Positions 37,277-46,852 of a DNA stretch of 64,000 nucleotides are shown here, piece by piece. The notes under the pieces are model-generated. The model saw only the letters and a program-made list of their open reading frames with translations. It had not been told where the DNA came from and did not search any database. Origin of the DNA: an uncultured Verrucomicrobiota bacterium (GTDB lineage Bacteria > Auribacterota > JABMQX01); the NCBI GenBank assembly GCA_964640185.1, contig CAZXGF010000010.1:162-64161 (forward strand). Direction: 5' to 3'. Numbering within the stretch: the first letter of the stretch is position 1; every line of letters begins with the position of its first letter. The translations under genes and the position numbers were made by a program.

Positions 37277-40066
37277 ATGAAACTGAAAAAGGGAGTTTTG
37301 CTATCTATGGCAGCACAGGTTTTGATTCCGTCGGCGTCGGTTATGGGAGAGGTGAGGCCGACCCGCCTGCGGTGCGAGTATGCGGCGAATCCTTTGAGTA
37401 TTGATGTGGCGAGGCCGCGGCTGAGCTGGGTTCTCGTTTCCAACGAGCGTGCTGAAGCGCAGACGGCGTATCGGGTACTCGTGGCAAGCGAGGAAGCGAA
37501 GCTCGCAGCCGGACTCGGAGACCTCTGGGACAGCGGGAAGGTCGCGTCCGCCCAATCCATCCACGTGGTCTATGGAGGCAAGCCGCTGCGTTCGCGAATG
37601 CGGGTACATTGGAAGGTGCGTGCGTGGGATAGGGAAGGCAAGGCATCGCCGTGGAGCGAGAACGCTATGTGGCAGATGGGTCTGCTTGAGCCCGCAGATT
37701 GGAAAGCGAAGTGGGTCGGCGCCGGCGGCTCATCGTCCGTGGCGATGTTGCGGAAGACGTTTCGTGTCCCCTCGCGGGTCAAGTGTGCCACTATCTACGT
37801 GTCAGCACTGGGGCTATACGAGCTTCGGCTCAGCGGGAAACGTGTCGGTGAGAACCTGCTGGCGCCCGAGTGGACGAACTACGGCAAACGGGTGCAATAT
37901 CAGACGTACGATGTCACGGATATGCTCCAACCGGGCGAGAACGCTATCGGGGCGATTGTGGGCGAAGGGTGGTATGCCGGTCGGATCGGAATCGCCCAAA
38001 TCGTTGTTCCCGCTGGGCCGTCGCGGGGTCTGTACGGACCGCGGCCGCGGTTTCTGTTTCAGATGGAGGTCAAACTCGCCGACGGCGGCACGCGGATTAT
38101 CGTCTCGGACAAGACCTGGAGGGTGACGACGGACGGTCCCATCCGCAGCTCGTGCCTGCTGGACGGCGAGGTTTATGACGCGCGATTGGAGATGCCGGGA
38201 TGGGACCTGCCGCGATTCGATGACTCGCGGTGGAAACCCGTGGATGTGGGGCCGGGGGTCCCCGTTAAGCTCGTCGCGCAGCCCAACGAGCCGATACGTA
38301 TCGTCGAGGAATTGAAGCCGACTGGGATGACCGAGCCGACGCCTCGGGTCTTCGTGTTCGACTTCGGTCAGAACATGGTCGGTTGGTGTCGGCTGAAAGT
38401 TCGAGGCCCGGCCGGCACGGCGGTAACGCTCCGGCATGCCGAAGTCCTCGACGACGACGGGAATATTTATACGGATAACCTTCGAGTACCGAAGGAAGGC
38501 GGGGCAGCGGGCGCCCGTCAAACGGACAAGTACATGCTCCGCGGTAAGGGCGAGGAGGTGTTTGAGCCGCATTTCACCTATCACGGCTTCCGCTACGTTG
38601 AAGTGCGGGGTCTTTCCCAAAAGCCTTCGCTTGATTCGCTGACTGGCTGCGTCATCCACTCGGCGGTTTCACCCGCAGGCCGGTTCGAGTGCTCAAGCCC
38701 GATGCTCAACAAGCTGATGGAAAACATCCGGTGGACGCAGCGAGGGAACATGCACAGCATTCCGACCGACTGCCCGCAAAGGGATGAGCGAATGGGGTGG
38801 TTGGGCGATGCGCAGGTCTTCTCGCAGACGGCATGCTTCAATATGGACATGGCAAGGTTCTTCACGAAATGGCTGCGCGATATTCGCGACGCCCAAGCGG
38901 ATGACGGGCGATACCCCGATTTCGCCCCACATCCTTTCGACCCGAACGCGAGGTTCTCGGGGTCGCCGGGGTGGGCTGATGGCGGCGTAATCATCCCCTG
39001 GCGGGTCTATGTGAATTATGGCGATAAGAGAATCCTCGAAGAGCATTTCGATTCGGCGAAACGCTGGGTTGAATATGTCCGCGGCCAAAGCCCGGAGCTT
39101 ATCTGGACGGGGCATCGCGGCAACGATTACGGCGACTGGCTTAACGGGGACACGCTTCTCCTCGACGGGTGGCCCGACTCCGGCGGCGCGGTCCCGAATG
39201 AGGTCTTGGCGACGGCTTTCTTCGCTCGCTCCACGGAGTTGCTTTCCAGGATGGCAGCGGTCATCGGGCGCGCGGATGATGCCGCACGTTACGCGTCTCT
39301 GGCGAAGTCCATCAAAACCGCTTTCAACCGCGCTTTCGTAAAGCCCGACGGCTGCATCCAGGGCGATACGCAGGCCGGTTACGCCCTGGCGCTTCGCTTC
39401 GACCTGATTCCTGATGCGCGCCGAGACATCGCGGCGAAACTCATGGTCGAGCGCATTAAGGAACGCAACTGGCGCCTCTCGACGGGAATTCAGAGCACCA
39501 CGCGGCTCATGCTCGAGCTAACACGCAACGGGCGTAACGATGTGGCGTACCGGCTTATCAACGAGCGGACGGTCCCGTCGTGGGCTTATATGGTCGAGCA
39601 CGGTGCGACAACCATTTGGGAGCGGTGGGACGGCTACGTGGAAGGCCGCGGCTTCCGGGACCCCTCGATGAACTCTTTCAACCACTGCGCCTTTGGGGGC
39701 GTGGGTGAGTGGATGTTTCGGACCATCGTAGGGATCAATCCCGATGAAGAAAGCCCCGGGTTTAAGCACTTCACGATTCGCCCGCGCCCGGGTGGGGGCC
39801 TTGAATGGGCCAGGGGAACGTACGAGTCTATATATGGCGCAGTCGTTTCTGACTGGAAGATGAACGCCGATTTGTTCACGCTCGACGTGACGGTCCCCGT
39901 CAACACAACGGCCACGGTTTATGTGCCAGCCAGCGGACGAGCCGCTGTTACCGAGAGCGGTAAACGAGCGGAAAAGAGTGAGGGCGTCGAGTTTTTGCGG
40001 ACGGAAGATGGCTCGGTGGTTTACAGAGTGGGTTCTGGGAAGTACCGGTTCGTGGCTCGCCAGTGA
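37277..40066 (+). CDS. alpha-L-rhamnosidase, GH78
   Basis: N-terminal PTRLRCEYAANPLSIDVARPRLSW and six-hairpin region GDAQVFSQTACFNMDMARFFTKWLRD are characteristic of GH78. Confidence 0.85.
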   Translation: MKLKKGVLLSMAAQVLIPSASVMGEVRPTRLRCEYAANPLSIDVARPRLSWVLVSNERAEAQTAYRVLVASEEAKLAAGLGDLWDSGKVASAQSIHVVYGGKPLRSRMRVHWKVRAWDREGKASPWSENAMWQMGLLEPADWKAKWVGAGGSSSVAMLRKTFRVPSRVKCATIYVSALGLYELRLSGKRVGENLLAPEWTNYGKRVQYQTYDVTDMLQPGENAIGAIVGEGWYAGRIGIAQIVVPAGPSRGLYGPRPRFLFQMEVKLADGGTRIIVSDKTWRVTTDGPIRSSCLLDGEVYDARLEMPGWDLPRFDDSRWKPVDVGPGVPVKLVAQPNEPIRIVEELKPTGMTEPTPRVFVFDFGQNMVGWCRLKVRGPAGTAVTLRHAEVLDDDGNIYTDNLRVPKEGGAAGARQTDKYMLRGKGEEVFEPHFTYHGFRYVEVRGLSQKPSLDSLTGCVIHSAVSPAGRFECSSPMLNKLMENIRWTQRGNMHSIPTDCPQRDERMGWLGDAQVFSQTACFNMDMARFFTKWLRDIRDAQADDGRYPDFAPHPFDPNARFSGSPGWADGGVIIPWRVYVNYGDKRILEEHFDSAKRWVEYVRGQSPELIWTGHRGNDYGDWLNGDTLLLDGWPDSGGAVPNEVLATAFFARSTELLSRMAAVIGRADDAARYASLAKSIKTAFNRAFVKPDGCIQGDTQAGYALALRFDLIPDARRDIAAKLMVERIKERNWRLSTGIQSTTRLMLELTRNGRNDVAYRLINERTVPSWAYMVEHGATTIWERWDGYVEGRGFRDPSMNSFNHCAFGGVGEWMFRTIVGINPDEESPGFKHFTIRPRPGGGLEWARGTYESIYGAVVSDWKMNADLFTLDVTVPVNTTATVYVPASGRAAVTESGKRAEKSEGVEFLRTEDGSVVYRVGSGKYRFVARQ

Positions 40067-40069
40067 ACA

Positions 40070-41449
40070 CTACCTGGCGGGGTTCGTGCTGTTCAGGTAT
40101 TCCTCGATATTGGTGTAGCCATCTCCGTCTTTGTCCGCGGCACTGTCGGACGCGTCGTGGGGATTTAACTCATGCTTTATTTCCCACGCATCCGGCATGC
40201 CGTCATGGTCGCTATCTTTAGGCGAGGGAAGGGACTTCAGTTCTGGCCACCCGCCGACTTCCCTTTGCGAATCAATTATTCGCCCTTTCCCTGTCCGAAT
40301 CTCGTCCATTATGCGGGCGTCCACGGCGTCGCGCTCTGGCAGGTTGGCGCCGCAGGAAGCGAGGATTCTTTCGTAAGCCCTTAGAGCACTGTCCGTCTTG
40401 ACTGCCGCCACCGGATAAGCCTTCTTCATCTTGTTGCATTCTTTCGCACGGGAAATGAGGTTCCAGTTGTCCCGGTTAGCGTCCCCACCGCCGGCCAGAT
40501 AATTACCTTCGACGTACATCTGTGTCGCCTCGCCGCCAACGCGAAACGCGTAGCCGGTCGGCCGCTTGATGTAGTTGCCAATGTAATTGATTCTCGCAGG
40601 ATCCTTCGCCGTATAGCCGTATGAATTGTAGATAAGGTTGTTCCGAAAATCGAGCATGATGCTTCCCTTCCCGTACGTTCCCGGGCGAGGGCTGCGAGAG
40701 CTGTGATGTGCGTAAACGTTATGGTGGAAGGTGATATTTCCATTGCATCTGAGGAGCGAGCCGTAACCGTGGGGGCCCTTTTGGTGATAGCTCCGGTTCA
40801 GCGATTCGCTGATGATGCACCACTGCACTGTCACGTTGGTGATGCCTTCGCCGGAGACGGAAAGCGCCTCGTCAATCGCCCAACTCGTCGAGCAGTGGTC
40901 CAGGATGACATCCCGGCTGGGCACGCCCATCGAAAGAGCGTCCGGCTGGAAACTTTTGCCCCGTTTCTTGTACGCTGGGCCGAGCTCGTCCCCCGGGCGA
41001 AAACGGACGTAACGCACAATCACGTCGTGGGCGCGAATTGTGGTCTCATGGTTTTTCAGGCAGATTCCTTCGCCCGGTGCGCTTTGACCGGCGATGGTGA
41101 TGTAAGGTTTCGTGATGTCGAGTGCGATCTTGAGCGGTATTGCCCCCGAGACCCGGAAGACCACAATGCGAGGCCCTTCTGCGTCGCACGCCGCGCGGAG
41201 GCTGCCCCGGACCGGCTGCTCGTCACCCGGAAGATAGTCGTCCAGCTTCGTGACGAACAGCACTTTCCCGTGCCGTCCGCCGAGGGCGTACCTCCCGAAG
41301 CCCTCCGCCCCGGGGAAAGCGAGGGTTCGTGCATTCGCAGCCAGCTCTTCAGCTCCCAGCCGGGGCGCCGCACAAAACGCGAGCGGCGATGCCACGACCA
41401 TCAGCGCAACAAAACCGTCCCTACGCATAGTTCCTACAAAACCTTCCAA
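40070..41449 (-). CDS. pectate lyase (PL1) with C-terminal TSP3/dockerin-like Ca-binding tail
   Basis: FPGAEGFGRYALGGRHGKVLFVTKLDDY...GSLRAACDAEGPRIVVF is the classic PL1 N-terminus; beta-helix NN/WIDH-like repeats; tail DSDHDGMPDAWE...DKDGDGYTNIEEY. Confidence 0.8.
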   Translation of the reverse strand: MEGFVGTMRRDGFVALMVVASPLAFCAAPRLGAEELAANARTLAFPGAEGFGRYALGGRHGKVLFVTKLDDYLPGDEQPVRGSLRAACDAEGPRIVVFRVSGAIPLKIALDITKPYITIAGQSAPGEGICLKNHETTIRAHDVIVRYVRFRPGDELGPAYKKRGKSFQPDALSMGVPSRDVILDHCSTSWAIDEALSVSGEGITNVTVQWCIISESLNRSYHQKGPHGYGSLLRCNGNITFHHNVYAHHSSRSPRPGTYGKGSIMLDFRNNLIYNSYGYTAKDPARINYIGNYIKRPTGYAFRVGGEATQMYVEGNYLAGGGDANRDNWNLISRAKECNKMKKAYPVAAVKTDSALRAYERILASCGANLPERDAVDARIMDEIRTGKGRIIDSQREVGGWPELKSLPSPKDSDHDGMPDAWEIKHELNPHDASDSAADKDGDGYTNIEEYLNSTNPAR

Positions 41450-41468
41450 ACTGTACTCCCGCGAGAAT

Positions 41469-41487
41469 CATGGGCAAGATGCTCATG
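41469..41487. promoter_or_regulatory. hairpin/palindrome CATGGGCAAGATGCTCATG, 20 nt upstream of the pectate lyase start codon
   Basis: Same 8-bp-stem palindrome at 22130-22148, 26930-26948 and 35395-35413. Confidence 0.5.
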
Positions 41488-41521
41488 CCACGGCGAACTC
41501 TTGCAGAGGCGGCGGACACGT

Positions 41522-42568
41522 TCACCGGTTTTTGCTCGGCTTCACAGTGGGGCCGGTCACCCTCTTGACCAGGAGGTCCTCAAACGCCGCCATATCCTTC
41601 CACTCCGTCGCCACCCTTATGACCTTTGCGGCGGGGTCAATGACTGTGTAGCCGTCGTCCGTTACGCGGATGCCCAACTTCTCGACCCGGACAAGCTTTT
41701 CGGAGAATGCGAGGTACACGGCTACCGTATCGAAGAGCGTGCTGCTTGCGGACTTGGGCTGCTCTTTGTTCCCCGACCAGATGCGATAGTTCTCGATGAC
41801 CGCGGCAGCGACCCTGTCCTTTGAGTCGCGAACCGTCCTGTACTTTTCGCCTTTTAGGTGAACAAGGCCGCACGTGTCCAGCGGCGTGATGGTTATCCTC
41901 CACGGAGCGGTGAGCACCTTCTGGCATGATTTGGGGTCGGCGCGCACGTTGTACTCCGCGGCAACCTTCTTGCTCCCGCCGTAGCCGCGACGCACGCTGC
42001 CGTGCATGCCGACGAAGCGGGCTTTGCGGGCGATCCTGGGCTCGAGCTCGAGCGCGGCAGCAACGTTCGGAATTGGCCCGGTCCCAATCAGCGTCACCCG
42101 CCGCGGCGACTTCATTATGGTATCAACGATGGCTTTGACGCCGTTCTGGTGTACCTTGCCCGGGTACGACTTCAACTCGTAGCCCTCAATCCAAGCCGAT
42201 TGGCCGCCGCTGCCGCTCTTCGGGCCGGCGCCGACCCCCACGGGGATGTCCGTTCTCCCGGCTGTCTCGAGGAGTTTTGCGAGCAGGCGCGCCCGGTAAA
42301 GCGATTTGCCTTGGTCGCCGACGACCAGTTTGATGTCCACTTCGGGGGACTTCAGCAGCAGCGCCAGCGCCCAAGTGTCGTCAATATCATCACCAATATC
42401 AGTGTCGAAAATCACTGGAATCTTCCTCGATGCTCGCGGGACTTTCGCGGCGCCGGATGCGGCGTTGCTCTTCAATCCATAGGTGCAGGCAGACCCTATC
42501 ACGAGGAGGCCTACGATGGCTCGAATCGGGATTGCCGACAAGATGATCTGACACACTGCTCGTTTCAT
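41522..42568 (-). CDS. inosine-uridine-preferring nucleoside hydrolase (IUNH family), secreted
   Basis: IPVIFDTDIGDDIDDTWALALLL (DxDxxxDD) signature. Confidence 0.85.
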   Translation of the reverse strand: MKRAVCQIILSAIPIRAIVGLLVIGSACTYGLKSNAASGAAKVPRASRKIPVIFDTDIGDDIDDTWALALLLKSPEVDIKLVVGDQGKSLYRARLLAKLLETAGRTDIPVGVGAGPKSGSGGQSAWIEGYELKSYPGKVHQNGVKAIVDTIMKSPRRVTLIGTGPIPNVAAALELEPRIARKARFVGMHGSVRRGYGGSKKVAAEYNVRADPKSCQKVLTAPWRITITPLDTCGLVHLKGEKYRTVRDSKDRVAAAVIENYRIWSGNKEQPKSASSTLFDTVAVYLAFSEKLVRVEKLGIRVTDDGYTVIDPAAKVIRVATEWKDMAAFEDLLVKRVTGPTVKPSKNR

Positions 42569-42844
42569 TGCGCGCTCCTTTCTTTCCGCTCAACCGGAAT
42601 TTCACGTTTTTGCGGGCAGCTTTTATACATGGAGGTTGTCGCAACATTCACCCGGCGAGGAACGATGAGCCGAGTCTCTCCCGAGCAGCCCACTCTACCC
42701 AAGAGTATGGTGCATTCGCTCTCGAAAGTCGAGCTATTTGATGAATCGGGAAGATCCTGCCTCCGGGACGGCGTTACTCTTGCCAAACCTACCTACTGGA
42801 ATGCAAACCGGCGCCGTCAACAGGTGCGGCTATATTTGCGAGGG

Positions 42845-43212
42845 GGAATTCGGATGAATCCTCCGGTCGAGAAGCCCGGCTAAAGCCGGCTCTCACGAGA
42901 ACAATCCCGAATCCGATACCACCGACTAAAGCCGGTGGCTAAGTACAACTGTTCGTAAATACGGCCACGTATTGTGGATTCAAAATCTGATATGTTTCAT
43001 GGCCTTTTGGTCATTGCAACATCCGAATACGTTACCGAGTTTATGAATCAGAACACTAAGCCCGGTGCCCGCTGGGGGCACGCGAAAAGGAAGCCGTGGC
43101 GTTTTCCGTTGTACGGTAAAGGGCCAAACTGAACGAATGCACAGCATCAACCTCGGGCAGGAGAGCTTCAAAACGAGGCGTCAGAGCATGCCAGCGACTG
43201 GCGGCCACACCC
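42845..43212 (-). repeat. dispersed ~260-nt structured element, copy R3 (reverse orientation), interrupted by a 112-bp insertion
   Basis: Reverse complement aligns with R1/R2 on both sides of the insertion at 42944-43055. Confidence 0.8.
42944..43055. mobile_element. 112-bp AT-richer insertion inside R3, flanked by 5-bp direct duplication CTAAG/CTTAG (MITE-like?)
   Basis: R2 has a single cttag at the homologous point; R3 has cttag-[112 bp]-cttag (42939-42943 and 43056-43060 on the plus strand). Confidence 0.55.
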
Positions 43213-43363
43213 GCGTCAACGGCGGGCTTTACATCTGCGGGGCGGATGGCATATACTTTCACTGCTCGAGAGTGTCCGACGGGAAATGTGGCGCAGCAAG
43301 AGCGTGGCCGCACTGCCCCTGTAAGTTGAAACCATTATTTCACTACAAGCAAAGGAGTTAAAA

Positions 43364-44377
43364 ATGTGCACGATGAAACATGCGTTCCAACTTTCGGCGC
43401 TGGTGATTGTGGCCCTGATAGGTTTGCCCGGCAACCGCGTCAAGGCGGAAAAGCAGTGGATTGTCTTCGACGGTTATGAGGGCCCGGGCAAGGGGAAACA
43501 CATCGTCCTTGTAAGCGGGGATGAAGAGTATCGTTCCGAAGAATTGATACCGCAACTGGCAAAGATTTTGGCCAAGCATCAGGGATTCAAGTGTACGGTG
43601 CTGTTTGCGATTGACAGAGAAGACGGCACCATCAACCCGGAACAGCTCGACAACATCCCCGGCCTTGAAGCGCTCAAAACCGCGGACCTGATGGTGATTT
43701 TCACCCGTTTCCGAGACCTCCCCGACGAGCAGATGAAGTACATCGTGGATTACATCAACTCCGGCAAGCCCGTCATCGGATTGAGAACGTCAACGCATGC
43801 GTTCAATTTCAGAAGGCATAAGACCTATGCGAAGTACAGTTTCAACGACAGAGATTTCAAAGGGGGATTCGGGAGGCAGGTTTTGGGCGAGACCTGGATA
43901 AGCCACTATGGGCATCACCAGCGAGAAAGCACGCGCGGACTCGTCGCAAAGGGCATGGAGAACCATCCGATCGTCAAAGGCGCCAAAGACATCTGGGGAC
44001 CGTCTGACGTTTACGGCATCACGACGTTGAGCGGCGACAGCAAGCCGGTAATCATGGGGCAAGTTCTTGCGGGTATGAATCACGACGACAAACCGCAACC
44101 CGGCAAGAAACTCGTCCCCGTCGCATGGATCAAGACCTATACGGGCGACAAGGGCAAGACCTGTCGCGTTTTCTCCACCACCATGGGGCACGGCGGCGAC
44201 CTTAAGAGCGAGGGATTCCGCCGCCTCCTCGTCAACGCCTGCTACTGGGCGATGGGGTTGGAGGACAGAATCCGGCCCAAGAGCAAAGTTGACCTTGTCG
44301 GCGAGTACAACCCCAACAGGATTGGCGTCGGTCGGCACAAAAAAGGATTGAAGCCTTCGGATTATAGGATCAAGTGA
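43364..44377 (+). CDS. ThuA-like (class I glutamine-amidotransferase-like fold) secreted protein
   Basis: HIVLVSGDEEYRSEE...DLMVIFTRF...TMGHGGDL layout resembles ThuA/GATase1-like proteins. Confidence 0.45.
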   Translation: MCTMKHAFQLSALVIVALIGLPGNRVKAEKQWIVFDGYEGPGKGKHIVLVSGDEEYRSEELIPQLAKILAKHQGFKCTVLFAIDREDGTINPEQLDNIPGLEALKTADLMVIFTRFRDLPDEQMKYIVDYINSGKPVIGLRTSTHAFNFRRHKTYAKYSFNDRDFKGGFGRQVLGETWISHYGHHQRESTRGLVAKGMENHPIVKGAKDIWGPSDVYGITTLSGDSKPVIMGQVLAGMNHDDKPQPGKKLVPVAWIKTYTGDKGKTCRVFSTTMGHGGDLKSEGFRRLLVNACYWAMGLEDRIRPKSKVDLVGEYNPNRIGVGRHKKGLKPSDYRIK

Positions 44378-44441
44378 CCCGCGGGCCCATACGTCGCATA
44401 AAAGGCCTCGGGCTGAACCGTCTCCCACTGGAGGGAGGAAA

Positions 44442-45578
44442 ATGCACAAGGAAAAATCACGCACCTTCGCGATGGCGGCGAGAATGTGTGCTGCGCTGGC
44501 AACGGGAGCTCTTGTTGCTACGAGTCTGCTATCGAGCGGTCGTGCCGAAAAAGGGTCTGGCAAAAGTGTCCCCGTCATTTACTGCAGCGACCTCTTTCAC
44601 CCGCCGGATGACCCGGACGATTGGTTTGATCTGGCGACGGTTTTTTCGATTGATGAGCTCGACGTTCGCGGGATCGTGCTCGACCAGGGTGAAAAACAGA
44701 TGCGAAAGCCGGGAAGAATCCCCATCGAGCAGATGATGGCAATCACGGGCAAGAAGGTTGCGTTCGCCTGCGGGCTGCCGAACAAGCTGAAGTCTCCGTC
44801 CGATAAAGGACTCGACCAGCCGGAGAGATTCCAGGAAGGAGTGAAGCTCATCATCAACGTCCTCCAAAACTCCGAAAGGAAAGTCACGTTGATAACTGTT
44901 GGCAGCCTGCGCGATGTGTGCGCAGCTTTCAACCGGGCGCCACAACTCCTCAAAGAAAAGGTAGAAAAGCTTTACATGAGCGCGGGGAATTCCGGCGGCG
45001 GGAATGAATATAACGTGGGACTCGATGCACACGCGTACGTCGGGGTGATGCGATCCGGTTTGCCGATTTACTGGCTGCCCTGTTTCGGGAGGGAACCGTT
45101 CGTTTCAAAATGGGGGTTCAAGCAGGGCGACCTCTTGGGCAATTGGTCTGTGAAAATGCAGGACTATTTCGCCTACGGACTGATGAAAGTTGACCCTGAG
45201 AAGGTTGATCCTGTCGTGGCTCTCCAAAAACCTATTGCGGACAAAGTGAAGAAGAGGATTTGGGGGATGAACCGCTCGATGTGGTCAACGGCATCCTTCA
45301 TAGACGCCGCGGGTAGGACGTTGCAGGTCAAGGACGGGCGTTGGCGCGCTCTGCCCCGGAGCCGCCCCGGGGAAAATCCAGCGGGAGAAAAACCGGTGTT
45401 CCGGTTTGTCCCTGCGAAGGTTACCGTCAGCGACAAGGCAAGGACGCCCTTTGAGCACATTGAGGTCAACTCCTCCGAGCCCAACATGCGCGTTTTTCGA
45501 TTTGAAGGCACGCTGTCCGACTACAATGAGGCTATGAAACAGTCCCTGGACGGCTTGCTAAAAAACCTCGGTCGCTGA
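44442..45578 (+). CDS. nucleoside-hydrolase-like fold protein (DUF1593/IUNH-like), secreted
   Basis: VIYCSDLFHPPDDPDDWFDLATV resembles the Asp-cluster of the NH fold. Confidence 0.4.
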   Translation: MHKEKSRTFAMAARMCAALATGALVATSLLSSGRAEKGSGKSVPVIYCSDLFHPPDDPDDWFDLATVFSIDELDVRGIVLDQGEKQMRKPGRIPIEQMMAITGKKVAFACGLPNKLKSPSDKGLDQPERFQEGVKLIINVLQNSERKVTLITVGSLRDVCAAFNRAPQLLKEKVEKLYMSAGNSGGGNEYNVGLDAHAYVGVMRSGLPIYWLPCFGREPFVSKWGFKQGDLLGNWSVKMQDYFAYGLMKVDPEKVDPVVALQKPIADKVKKRIWGMNRSMWSTASFIDAAGRTLQVKDGRWRALPRSRPGENPAGEKPVFRFVPAKVTVSDKARTPFEHIEVNSSEPNMRVFRFEGTLSDYNEAMKQSLDGLLKNLGR

Positions 45579-45733
45579 CGGCATGTCCCGGTTGAGGGTG
45601 AAACCGCAGACCTCCCTTCCGCGCTCTCTGCCGTGGGTTTACCTCCCGCTGAAACTGGGCGATTACGCACAATCTGTTGACATCGAAGGCGCGCAAGGCG
45701 CAATATGATGTCAATGACGCGGCCCCTGAAAAC

Positions 45734-45808
45734 GCGCCTGTAGCTCAGTTAGGATAGAGCACGGGATTCCTAATCCCGGTGTCGGAGGTTCAAATCCTCT
45801 CAGGCGCA
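45734..45808 (+). tRNA. tRNA-Arg (anticodon CCT)
   Basis: Cloverleaf by hand: acceptor GCGCCTG/CAGGCGC, D-arm GCTC..GAGC, anticodon arm CGGGA-TTCCTAA-TCCCG, T-arm GGAGG-TTCAAAT-CCTCT, discriminator A; 75 nt. Confidence 0.85.
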
Positions 45809-45931
45809 ATTGCTTATGACTTCCACTAACCCCACTGGGACGGTTTCGGGACGGTTTTTTCTTGACAAGACTCCCCCCTGTAATACGCTTCTCATAGTTG
45901 ACTAACCTCCAGTGGAGGCTCCGAAAGGACT

Positions 45932-46761
45932 GTGAGAAGGCGTCCCGATTCCCGCTTTTGGCACTATGATTTCTGGTATCGCGGGTGGCGGTATAAGGGT
46001 TCTACGAAGCAGACCTCCAAGGCCCGCGCGCAAGAATACGAAGCACACCAGCGCGAACTCGTCAGGGGAGGGTGGGAGCCGCATTTCACATCGCCCCACT
46101 TGAAAGACCTGCTCTCGCAATATATGGAGTGGCTTGAGGCGAACAACAAATCACCCGCGCACATAGACAGGGCACGGCGGGGATTGAGGAACGTTCTCAG
46201 TCGGATGAAACGGGTGAGGGTTGCCGAGGACATCAGGCCGAAGGAAATAGACGAGTATAAGAAGCAGCGCTTGGGGGAGTGTTCGCCCTTCACAGTCAAC
46301 ACGGAGCTTCGCTACTTGCGAGCCTTCCTCAAGCGTTGCGTTAAACAGGGCTGGTTACAATCCATGCCAGCGGAGATCGAGCAAGTAAGCACACCCCAGG
46401 TCAGGGGCGGGTCGTTTTCCTATCAGAGAGCGAAATAGGCCCCTTCCTTGCCCAGTTGAAGCCGTGGGCGCGGAGAGCGGCAGGCTTGATATTGCGGACA
46501 GGATTGCGGCTTGGCGAGGCGAGATTCCTTCAGTGGGAGGACGTTGACCTTGAGGCCGGCGAGCTATGGGTTCCCAAGAAGCCGGACTTGGGGTTCGCCC
46601 CTAAGAGCCGGAGGGAAAGGTGCATTGCGCTCCCCCCGAACTTAATAGAAGAACTCGCGGCCCGTAGAAAGCAAAAGGGTTGGGTGCTTCGCGGCCCCAG
46701 AGGTGAACCGGGAAAGGCGAGCCATTGTCAGGCGTGGCGAGTGAGACGGTTGACAGGGTGA
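45932..46761 (+). pseudogene. tyrosine recombinase (phage integrase) remnant: N-terminal SAM-like domain (45932-46438), frameshift, start of catalytic domain (46456-46761), truncated before H-R-Y
   Basis: LILRTGLRLGEARFLQWEDVDLEAGELWV box-I motif; the two ORFs are in different frames; located directly 3' of the tRNA. Confidence 0.7.
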
Positions 46762-46852
46762 TCCGCTTATGGCGAATTAGAACGACGAAAGCTGGGGGAC
46801 GTACCCAAAAGTAACCGATGAAAGCCTCTACGACCCCGACGAATTGAAGAGA

